Positions 1-9,455 of a stretch of DNA of 17,754 nt are shown here, one piece after another; the first letter of the stretch is position 1, and each line of letters opens with the position of its first letter. Under the pieces are notes generated by a model, which had not been told where the DNA came from, did not search any database, and saw nothing but the letters and a program-made list of their open reading frames with translations. Both the position numbers and the translations under genes were made by a program. Source of the stretch: Ginkgo biloba (taxonomy: Eukaryota; Plantae; Ginkgophyta); NCBI GenBank assembly GCA_024626585.2, contig JANKJI020000002.1, forward strand, positions 212,217,445 through 212,235,198, written 5' to 3'.

Positions 1-945
1 CATTAAGACAAGAAATTGGACGAAAGACGATCAATAAGGAATGCATGAACAATGATCATATATTGCAAGATAACATGAAGTACATACATGACCACCACAT
101 TGTGTAGCCTAGGCTAGTCCACAATGGTGTATTACGAAATGAAAAAAGGGTCCTTATATGGAGAAAGGGTACCATCCTCTCACTATCAGATTTGCTTACA
201 TCTATGAAGTAAGAGGTAAATTGTTTCTCAATCGCAAATGGATTCCTCTATCAATAAAAAATATTAGTCTCCATGTTTTATCATTATTCATATGCTATCA
301 CTAAAAACCAAAGTGTTGTAAATTCCATATTTTCCTCAATTAACCTAGGGTACAACCAAAAATGCAGCTCTACATTGAAACTCCATGCCTAGGGCAAAAA
401 TTTCATCTTGTTTGCCATTGAACTTCTAAAGAAAGATATTGTATATCCACAAATGACCAAAGTGGTAAACGAGTTAGGTGAAAACCAACAGATGGTAATA
501 CATCAATGGAGAGTACCTACACCATCTCTAGCCTATATCTACCTAAACACATTAAAGGTAAATTACAAAATAAAATGCATTATAAATTGTTGACAATTAG
601 ACTTGAAGTATAAGATTGGAAACATACAAAATTCTAGAATGGAATGGGTCTAGGAGAATAGAGTTATGCATAAGAAAAAAATAGACCTAGACATAGCATG
701 CGACTAGGTCTATAACATATGGAAGCTCACAACTTTATAACGAAAAACCTAAGGACTGCTAAGGTTTTATGCATGAAGCTACCCTAATGGTGCAATGACA
801 AGAATTAGGATTATAACTAGTGAGAGTCCATAGCCTCTAGGTATTTGAGAGGGAGAAGTGAAAATAAGGCCAAGCTCAAGTTGAAACATCGTTCACCTAT
901 TAAACAAAAATGCTCTTAGTAGAGAGACTATCTTGTGGAGGACCA

Positions 946-1137
946 TCATAGAAAATAATTCTTAAGAAGCTCCCCATTGATTGGATTGGGGATTTGTTTG
1001 CCTTTCATATCTCTTAACTCAAAGGCCCCATTATTGAAGGAAAATATGATATGGTATGGGCCTTCCCAAGTTCTTTCAAACTTCCCTAAGTGTTGCTCTT
1101 ATTCCTTGCTCCAAAGAAGCACTAAGTCACCAATGAC
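946..1137 (-). mobile_element. Ty3/gypsy integrase C-terminal (GPY/F) remnant, non-chromovirus (Tat/Ogre/Athila-like)
   Basis: Manual minus-strand translation: VIGDLVLLWSKE*EQHLGKFERTWEGPYHIIFSFNNGAFELRDMKGKQIPNPINGELLKNYFL*. This fits the GDLVL...GKF..WEGPY...GA..L...G......N...LK.Y tail. One internal stop, terminal TGA at 948-946, no chromodomain. The upstream part is lost in the 1138-1750 gap. Confidence 0.85.
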
Positions 1138-1769
1138 NNNNNNNNNNNNNNNNNNNNNNNNNNNNNNNNNNNNNNNNNNNNNNNNNNNNNNNNNNNNNNN
1201 NNNNNNNNNNNNNNNNNNNNNNNNNNNNNNNNNNNNNNNNNNNNNNNNNNNNNNNNNNNNNNNNNNNNNNNNNNNNNNNNNNNNNNNNNNNNNNNNNNNN
1301 NNNNNNNNNNNNNNNNNNNNNNNNNNNNNNNNNNNNNNNNNNNNNNNNNNNNNNNNNNNNNNNNNNNNNNNNNNNNNNNNNNNNNNNNNNNNNNNNNNNN
1401 NNNNNNNNNNNNNNNNNNNNNNNNNNNNNNNNNNNNNNNNNNNNNNNNNNNNNNNNNNNNNNNNNNNNNNNNNNNNNNNNNNNNNNNNNNNNNNNNNNNN
1501 NNNNNNNNNNNNNNNNNNNNNNNNNNNNNNNNNNNNNNNNNNNNNNNNNNNNNNNNNNNNNNNNNNNNNNNNNNNNNNNNNNNNNNNNNNNNNNNNNNNN
1601 NNNNNNNNNNNNNNNNNNNNNNNNNNNNNNNNNNNNNNNNNNNNNNNNNNNNNNNNNNNNNNNNNNNNNNNNNNNNNNNNNNNNNNNNNNNNNNNNNNNN
1701 NNNNNNNNNNNNNNNNNNNNNNNNNNNNNNNNNNNNNNNNNNNNNNNNNNTGGATTGCAACTTATGCAT

Positions 1770-2081
1770 TCTGATTGTCAATAAGTTGAAATACATATTA
1801 TAAACTACAACCTATACATTATGGAATCCCATTAGTGCTACAAATATTAATGATTGCATTATGGACTATGAGATGCATTCATACTAATAAATATGTGAAT
1901 ATAATTATAGTGAATCCAAAGGAAGCTTGATCTAGAGCGTCTTGAATAATCTTTTTTGGCTCTACACCTAGAAACCTAATGGGCTCATCTAAGAGAAGTA
2001 TATGGGAGTCTCTAAATATGGATCTAGGGATGACAACACGTTGCTTTTACCCTTAGATATTTGTACCACACATTTGCCTAC
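1770..2081 (-). pseudogene. Degraded ABCB (MDR/P-glycoprotein) nucleotide-binding-domain exon: ABC signature, Walker B, D-loop to H-loop
   Basis: Minus strand from 2081: VGKCVVQISKG, a frameshift, then *KQRVVIPRSIFRDSHILLLDEPIRFLGVEPKKIIQDALDQASFGFTIIIFTYL...VHNAIINICSTNG. Compare plant ABCB VGERGVQ(M/L)SGGQKQRIAIARAI..DP.ILLLDEATSALD.ESE..VQ.ALD.AS.GRTTIIIAHRLSTIRNAD.I.V..NG. KQR is at 2046-2038 and ILLLDEP at 2001-1981. Confidence 0.8.
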
Positions 2082-2232
2082 CTACATTTTTCACTTGAAG
2101 AAATCTTTGGGATCATGATTCCATAGCAATTTCAAATGTTATGTAAAATCTAACAAAACACTAGAGAGAGAAGTCTTCACTTGAGTGTGTCATAATCATA
2201 TGATAACCAAATGAAGTCACATACATTCACAC

Positions 2233-2578
2233 CTTGGTGGTGGTAATGCCCTAGGTATCATTATTATATTTATAGAGTCTAGTATAATAGTATATAGAGA
2301 TGGGTTCTTCATTGATGACTATCACTTGAATAGATTTTCTCTTGAATTTACAATAATTTATTCTTTAGATTGATCATCAATTGCTTGGGGGAAGACACAA
2401 GCTACAATGCATGCCTTAATTCACATTTCAAGTTCATCATGTACAACACATACACAAAGTAATATAGGATATCCTTAATTACATGCATAAAGTTTGTTGT
2501 AGACACCATGGACAAATGTGTAAGTAAAACCTCCATCAATGTTGCCAAAATTATAGGACGAGAAACATTGTCTTCTTC
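2233..2578 (-). pseudogene. More degraded upstream exon of the same ABCB NBD fragment (Q-loop region)
   Basis: Minus-strand peptide pieces IDDQSK, KFKRKSIQVIVINEEPISIY and IPRA..TK|gt occur in the order expected for LLDG..I..LQLKWLRSQMGLVSQEPALF...LP.GY.TQ. Many stops and indels; Walker A is not clearly recognisable. Confidence 0.45.
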
Positions 2579-2649
2579 NNNNNNNNNNNNNNNNNNNNNN
2601 NNNNNNNNNNNNNNNNNNNACTAGAATTCACCTTTCTTTTAAACACATT

Positions 2650-2661
2650 TGGCATCAAAAT
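2650..2661 (+). promoter_or_regulatory. Degenerate tRNA-iMet primer-binding site of the chromovirus
   Basis: ...aaacaCA tt TGGCATCAAAAT: CA (2646-2647), a 2-nt spacer, then an 8/12 match to TGGTATCAGAGC in which all four mismatches are transitions. It lies upstream of the gag/protease remnants. Confidence 0.55.
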
Positions 2662-5600
2662 TTGGTGGTTGTTTTAGCACAAATGATTTCTAAGCTGAGA
2701 GTTCTTTACTTTGGCCATCGCTCTTTTAGATAAACAAATTCAACCATGGATGTGGATGGTGAGCACAATTACAGGTATAAAGTATGGAAGAGTATCAAGC
2801 GAGCTAAGGAATGGTCATAATCGATATCGCTTTATAATTCAGAGAGCACCTATTTGAAGACTTAGAATTTTCATGGTTTGCCTCTTATTTCTTAGTCATT
2901 GTCGCTATGACTGGTAGGTTGTGTACCACATTTAAAAGCCTAACCAATAGGCCACAAGCAAGGCTCTCAAGCTATGTTTGCTTTCTAAACAAAAGCAACT
3001 TAGTCTTAACTTATAGTGACAAAAACATCAAGATTTGGGAAAACCTTCTTTAATAACATATCTTGAGGGAATTAAAGGAAGAATGGATAAGGAATCTACA
3101 ATACACCAAGTACAGAGAAACATACAATGGGAATCATGAGTGTAAGGAAACATAGAAAAAAAATCATGGCTGAAGTATTCAAAGAAGAAAAAGGCAATGA
3201 AGGTACGAACAAATACAAGCTAAGGACAAAAGGGAAGAAGGTACATTAGCAACGATGATGATGACACTATTGAAGAGATTCGATCTCAAACACCTCTTCA
3301 AACAAGGAAGGTAGAGATATCACTGGCAACAATGGTAGGCTTGCCCAGGTTGGATACATTCAAGGTTAATGGATATATACAAAAATCAAAACTGCTAATA
3401 ATGGTAGATTCTAGAAGTATGCACAATTTTTTGGATATGAAGCAAGTTAAAAGGCTAGGATTACATCTCGACTGAAGTCACATGTTTCTAGTATCAATTC
3501 CAGGAGCCATTTTTCATTATCTCCATAGGAGTTCACCGAATATTGGGCATTCAGTGGTTGTGAACCTTTGGGACTTCTAGAGCAAATCATGACTTGGACT
3601 TCCTATCTTTCAAGCTCCAAGGAACAAAATATNNNNNNNNNNNNNNNNCAACAACCAACAAAGTGGTCAGCACTTAGCAAATGGATTAGATCATGTGAAA
3701 ACAACATCTAGGCTTCATCATAAGATTATGCAGTATGGAAGCACAACAAGACCTGGCAAAAAGTGAAGAAAAGCAAAAGGAAGATATCAACCGAGTCTCA
3801 AAAAGGGCAGTGAGGTCAAATGGGGGCATGGAGCATATCATTGAAATCAACCATGGGAAGGGGCCCACCGTTGTAAAGCTATATATGTAAAGCTTCACTT
3901 AAAAAATTGAAATAGAGTGGTTAACGTAAGATCTAATTGACTTGGGACTCATTACTGATAACAAAAGCCCATACGCACCTCCAATAGTGCTCACTAGAAG
4001 AAGGATGGTTCATTTAGGCTATGCATAGATTATCAAGCATTGAACAAAATAACAATAAAAAATAAATTTCCAAAGCCATATATAAACAATCTCATGGATG
4101 AACTCAATGGAGCACAATAATTCTCAAAGATAGATCTACAATCAATGTCTTACCAAATCCCAATAATACTTGAATACAAACAGAAAACAACATTCTACAT
4201 GCACCAAGGCCACTTTGAACTTTGAGTTATGGCATTTGGACTCTGTAATGCGCCGACAACTTTTCAAACACTAATGAACAAAATATTCATCAAGGTACTT
4301 TGCAACTATGTGCTCAAGTTCTTTGATGACATCCTTATTTACAACACATCATGGGAAGATCGCATCAAGCACCTAGATAAGGTACTAGAAATATTTAGGG
4401 ATCATAAACTCTACACAAAGGAATCCAATTGTGCGCGTGGAAGGCAAATTTTGGAATACCTCAAGCGTAACATCACTAAAGAAGGTGTAAAAATGGAACT
4501 AGCAAAGATCCAAGCTATTAAAGGCTACACATGATCAAAGACAATAACCAAGCTAAGAGGGTTCCTGGGGGCATGACTAGCTTCTATAAGAAATTCATAC
4601 GACACTACTGAACGATAGCATCCCCATTTACCAACCTCACAAAGGAGGAAGCTTTTAAGTGGAATGATGCTGATGAAAGAGCATTCAAAGGCCTAAAAAC
4701 AACATTAACATTGACACCAATATTGGTTACACCAAATTTCACTAGACCACTTACAATGGAATGCAATGCATCAAGGATTGACATTGGCACGATATTGATG
4801 CGAAAAGAAAGGCCTATTGCCTTTAAAATAGGAAACTCAGTGACAAGAAGCAAAGGATGTTGACATACAATGAAGAGATGCTAGCAATTATGCACACATT
4901 AGATAAATGTCAACAATATCTCCTCAAAGGTAAATTCAAAGTAAAAGTAAATCATAGTAACTTGTAGTAACTTCTGCAGCAGGGATCTCTAATAGACGAG
5001 CAACAAAAAGAATTGACAAGATACAAGCCTTCGACTCCAAAATAGCATACCAAAAGGGTAAAGAGAATGTCATGGTAGACACACTATCAAGGAAGTATGC
5101 ATATGCATTAATAAAAGCATTATAGGACATAATGCCAACTTAAGTCACAAAAGTTCAAATGGAATATCTAAAGGATCTAGAGACAAGATAGCTATTAGAC
5201 CATATAAGGAGTAACAAGAAAGACAATGGGTGGAGCATCACAAATGCGAATATCATATTTAAGTAGCATATATACTTGAATAAAGGATCATCTTTCATCA
5301 ACAAGGCTATGNNNNNNNNNNNNNNNNNNNNNNNNNNNNNNNNNNNNNNNNNNNNNNNNNNNNNNNNNNNNNNNNNNNNNNNNNNNNNNNNNNNNNNNNN
5401 NNNNNNNNNNNNNNNNNNNNNNNNNNNNNNNNNNNNNNNNNNNNNNNNNNNNNNAGCACTATCATGGAAGTTGCAGCCACTAAATATCCCAAAACAAAAG
5501 TGAGACGAAAAATCTATGGATTTCATCACTAGACTAGAAATCTCCAAAGGTGAAGACGCTACATTGGTTATTGTCAATAGGATAACAAAATATGAGCATT

Positions 5601-6548
5601 TTATGGCCATAAATTTTGAAGTACAAGGCACTGCAAATCGCTGAAGTCTTTATGAAGGAAGAACATAAATTCTAGGAATTTCCAAAAAGAATAATATGCA
5701 ATAGAAATCCAAAATTTACTAGTCACTTCTGGCAGGAGATTTTCAATTTAGCAGGAACAAAATTCAATATGAGCACTGCCTATCATCCACAAATGACAGA
5801 AAAACTGAAATTGTAGATAAACGCCTTGAAGGGTATCTGAAGACCTGCACAAGAGACAAGCAATCAAACAGGGCAAAATGGCTGCATTTGGCAGAGTATT
5901 GGTACAATACAACATATCACACGTCAGCAAAACAATGTCATCCTTCCTTGCTCTACAAAGGTACGATCCACCATTTATGAAGGATTACATATTTCAAGAA
6001 TCAAGAGTACCAACTACACATGACTCATTAAAGGAGACACACGAATTACAATAAGTGTTGAAAGACAATCTAAAAATGGCTAAAATAGAATGAAACAACA
6101 AGCCGATAAGGGTTCAAGCAAGAGATCATTTGAGGTTGGAGACATGCTATTCATCCGAAAAGAGTCGTACAAACAGCTATCATTAAAGGAAAATGAAAAA
6201 ACAAGCTCCAACTAAAAATTTACAAACTGTACAAAATTCGTGTAAATTCGCTTACGCAGTAGATCTCCCGAACAAAGGAAGAATACATGATGTCTCCCAT
6301 GTATCTTGTCTAAGGAAACAAATTAGATCACATATTGTCCCACAAACCGAACTACAAGTACTTGATGACAGAAGAAAAAATTCGAACTAGAGGAAATTAT
6401 GGAGGCAAGAACAACAAACTTTAGATCAAAACAAATTTGCGAGTACAGAATCAAATGGAAGAACCTTCCAGAAGAGGAAGCAACTTGGGAATCTGAAGCT
6501 TTTAGAATGCCACTCAAGTCTACAAATGCTGCGAGGGCAAAGCATGCC

Positions 6549-6567
6549 AAGTGGGGGGCATGTTGTG
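6549..6567 (+). promoter_or_regulatory. Polypurine tract and first bases of the 3' LTR
   Basis: aagtgggggg ca TGTTGTG directly after the chromodomain. TG is at 6561; the rest falls in the 100-N gap. Confidence 0.75.
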
Positions 6568-6667
6568 NNNNNNNNNNNNNNNNNNNNNNNNNNNNNNNNN
6601 NNNNNNNNNNNNNNNNNNNNNNNNNNNNNNNNNNNNNNNNNNNNNNNNNNNNNNNNNNNNNNNNNNN

Positions 6668-6784
6668 TAATTTAGTCTCTTGAAGTAAAATTATGTCTGG
6701 GTTGTGTTCTTTTATAAGAGCTATAACAAGCCTTTATTTGGATGGGGAATTAAGACCCCTTATATTCCATGAGAGGAATTTCAT
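6668..6784 (-). mobile_element. L1 LINE ORF2 N-terminus (APE-type endonuclease), cut by an assembly gap
   Basis: MKFLSWNIRGLNSPSK*RLVIALIKEHNPDIILLQETKL contains the SWNxRGLN and DIxxLQETK endonuclease motifs. Its ATG (6784-6782) overlaps the ORF1 TGA (6783-6781). Confidence 0.9.
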
Positions 6785-8118
6785 TTCTTACTTTTTGAAT
6801 ATTTCCCCTTCCCTCCAAAATTTAATACTACTTGAGTTCCATTAGAAATTTCCTTGGCTTCTATATCTTGTAGAATAACAACTAATGGTAGTTTCCCCCT
6901 TCTCCCTTGAGCACCAACATCCACTGAGGGATTATTATGGCTTCTAGTGAGAATTTTCTTTTTGTTAGCATGAGGAATCCCCCCAAGAGAACCCCTAGCC
7001 AATAAATTTATTACTGGTTCCTCTAGGATTTCTAGAAGACAATCAAACTTATTTTCTACCTGAATAGAAGGAGCCTCATTAGAGAGGACTAAGGGGGGTT
7101 GAGACTCTTCCATACTTAAATCATCTTTTTTCCCCTCTTCTTTAGGCAAATCATCCTAGACTTTGTCGACCTCTGTTAAATATTCAACAAGGGGATGGAT
7201 TAAAACCTCCAGAGGATCTTGGGAAGGATTTTTCCTTTTCCATTGTTTATTGGGAGAACCAGTTTGAGGACCTTTGTAAAAGAAACTTTGGTTCCCTAAT
7301 GAGTTGTAGATGTTGTACTTTATGTTTGTATTTTTAAAATCAAAATCTTGGTTCCAATACCCAAACTTGGAGACTAATTTGATTGATTTTGGAAATTTCT
7401 TACTGAGGTCTACTAAAACAAAGAACCTAACATATATCATTTTGGATTTACTCAGCATTGCTGGGTTAATGGAAATTAGTTGACCTACCTCCCTAGTGAT
7501 CGCCACCAAAATTTCTTTGTGCAAAAATAGAATTGGGATCCTAGGAAGTCTCACCCAGATTAGAGCAAGATCCATATTTTAAGAAAGGGGGTCAAAATTA
7601 GCCAACCACTTCTTCAAGAAAAGGCCCCAACGACCGAAGAACCAGGGACCACCAAGCAATATTTTCTCTACATCTGCTTCAAACCTTAACTTAACCCCAA
7701 ATAAGATTTTTGGTAGTGCCACAATTTCTATAACAGCTTGAGGATTCCATTTCTCCAAATCCCACTTCTAAATAGCATCCAGGTCAGGCTTGACCCCCCA
7801 AAACTTTCCAACTAGAGAGAGCTTGCTTTGATCCATGATAATATCTACAAGGGTATCATGAACTTGTAATTCTCCATTGAGAGGAAGCAAATTGAAGTAG
7901 CTACTATCCAAATTTTTCTTCCCTTTTAGCACATTTACCCAAGAAAGGGTTCGAGGGTCAAAAGGTCTCGTGCCCCTCGAACTACCATCCTTTCCTGACA
8001 CACATCCAACCCCACTATCAACAGAGACAAACAAGATGTCATCCATAAACAAACCCTACCCTACACCTCTCCCACCTTGGCTGCTGTCACCATGCCAGGA
8101 CGACATCGCTCACTCCAT
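6781..8118 (-). mobile_element. L1-clade LINE ORF1 pseudogene (DUF4283 plus degenerate zinc knuckle)
   Basis: Three ORF-track entries (7768-8052, 7156-7575, 6781-7149) are one frame broken by stops at 7770-7768, 7581-7579 and 7158-7156: LSLVGKFWG...GGPWFFGRWGLFLKKWLANFDP...IWVRLPRIP...YVRFFVLVDLSKKFP. These are typical plant L1 ORF1 motifs. In-frame ATGs at 8118 and 8106, with further stops upstream of 8052. Confidence 0.88.
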
Positions 8119-9311
8119 GTCCCTATTTCATAAGTTTTAGTAAGCATATTACACAAGATTTTATTTTAACACTCTACTAAGAAATTACACCTTAGGTAAT
8201 ATATATTACTTTTCCTATGCTGAATCATAAATTCAATAGTCAAACTCTCCACAACATTATTTAGGAAAAAATTACCTTTATCACTGACCAATTCTACAAG
8301 ACATCTAAATCTTATTAGCATACATTTGTATACAATTTTTTGTTGTAGTCATGATACTATTATCCCTTATAGTTCTTTATTCAACTAATTTTATAACATA
8401 ATCTATAACTATAATGATATATCTCTCTTAAGTTATTCTATTCGATGGTTTAATAAGACCCATAAAATCAATTCCCTATTTTTCAAAAGGAAATTGAGCG
8501 TTGATTAGATTCAAAGGTATGAATTACTTCAAAGTAGGTTTTATTACTCTTTGACAAGCATGCCACCTCTTACACTAAGAATGTTCATAATGGAATAAAG
8601 TAGGTCATTATAAACTAGACAATAGACTTTTCTTATTGTGTTCTCACTTTATTTATGACCTCCTACAATCCCTTCATGTGATTCTTAAATAATATATGGT
8701 ATATCATACCAAACACTCTTTATTTTCACATCTCAATGGTCACCTACCAAATAGACTTTCCTTTATTATATTCTCAGTAATAATACACATTATGCCTTAA
8801 TAAGAAGTGGTTGGTTCTAGTCAACTTCACTAAAGTCACTTAGCAAAAGAAAATTAAAATGTTTACAAGCTTTCATGAAATCCACTAGTGTATAAGTCCA
8901 TTAGTATGCACACTTTCTACATTAGTTAATTTCAAAAACAGTTTTCTAGATTCACTCATTAAATCTTATATTCAAACATGTGGAGACAAGGCTTTCACAT
9001 TTTAGGAATTTTGCATTGGTATCATTTACGAGTAAACAGAAATTTGGCTCCAAAGTAGTTATATTCTAATACTTGAAACCCATTAAAATGTCAGAAGCCT
9101 TCCTACAGGTTTCAACTTCACAATCCAACATAGAAGCTCCCAAATGAAACTTAGAAGATAATCCTTATTGATTGTTACTGCACTTGGCACAGATATGAAA
9201 GCTCTTTATTTGATCATATATCATTTCTTTCTAGATGGAAGCTTCACACAATAACATTAACTTGGGAAAAAAAAAAACAGAAAGTTGGAAGCAAGAAAGG
9301 AGAAAGCAAAC

Positions 9312-9455
9312 CTGTTCATTAGTTAACTTTCGCAGAGGTGAACCACCCCCGATAGCGGCATATCCTTCCCGACTTTTGGGAGCCCTGAGTGCAGATATGA
9401 ATTGGGCCAAAGGCCTCTGAAGAAACCGGAACAATCTAGGTAGGCGAATAATGTC
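9312..9455 (-). CDS. FC: Internal coding exon (48 codons, phase 0/0) of plant ferrochelatase (protoheme ferro-lyase); FC1 versus FC2 not resolvable
   Basis: Minus strand reads ...catgacag|GAC ATT ATT CGC...AAT GAA CAG|gtttgc: acceptor AG at 9457-9456, donor GT at 9311-9310. The translation [48 protein letters not shown] matches the conserved plant ferrochelatase block that follows LFADP (DIIRLP...RAPKS.EGY..IGGGSPL...T..Q). No stops or frameshifts. The ORF-track tail VCFLLS... is intron read-through. Confidence 0.95.

Larger units (their letters stand above)
2620..6567 (+). mobile_element. Decayed chromodomain-bearing Ty3/gypsy LTR retrotransposon (chromovirus, Reina/IFG-like): PBS-gag-PR-RT-RH-INT-CHD-PPT-3'LTR start
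   Basis: Protease EISLATMVG...LLIMVDSRSMHNFLD (~3315-3440). [35 protein letters not shown]...MAFGLCNAPTTFQ...FFDDILIY (~3850-4500). RNase H ECNASRIDIGTILM...EMLAIMH (~4740-4960). Integrase SMDFIT...VIVNRITKY, STAYHPQ, WLHLAEYWYNTTYH (~5460-5930). Chromodomain EYRIKWKNLPEEEATWES (~6440-6495). The RT-RH-INT order is diagnostic of gypsy. Many stops and frameshifts. Confidence 0.93.

Noticed and set aside
977-1796. Long ORFs 977..1774 (+) and 1122..1796 (-), and similar X-rich ORFs at 5155-5631, 10052-10597, 12507-13016, 13853-14141 and 16202-16436
   Set aside because: They are open only because they cross N-runs. The non-N parts are antisense to TE genes, short TE fragments, or lack recognisable motifs.
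3686-6550. Minus-strand ORFs at 3686, 4605, 4936, 5748 and 6323
   Set aside because: Antisense shadows of the plus-strand gypsy pol.
8621-8776. Imperfect ~26-bp duplicate aatagacttt...ttctca at ~8621 and ~8749
   Set aside because: Short, AT-rich and only two degenerate copies; no function can be supported.
9231-9434. 67-aa ORF as a standalone small protein, plus the antisense 9235..9420 ORF
   Set aside because: Ferrochelatase similarity starts upstream of the ORF start (DIIRLPR) and stops exactly at the GT donor, so it is an internal exon. The plus-strand ORF is its shadow.
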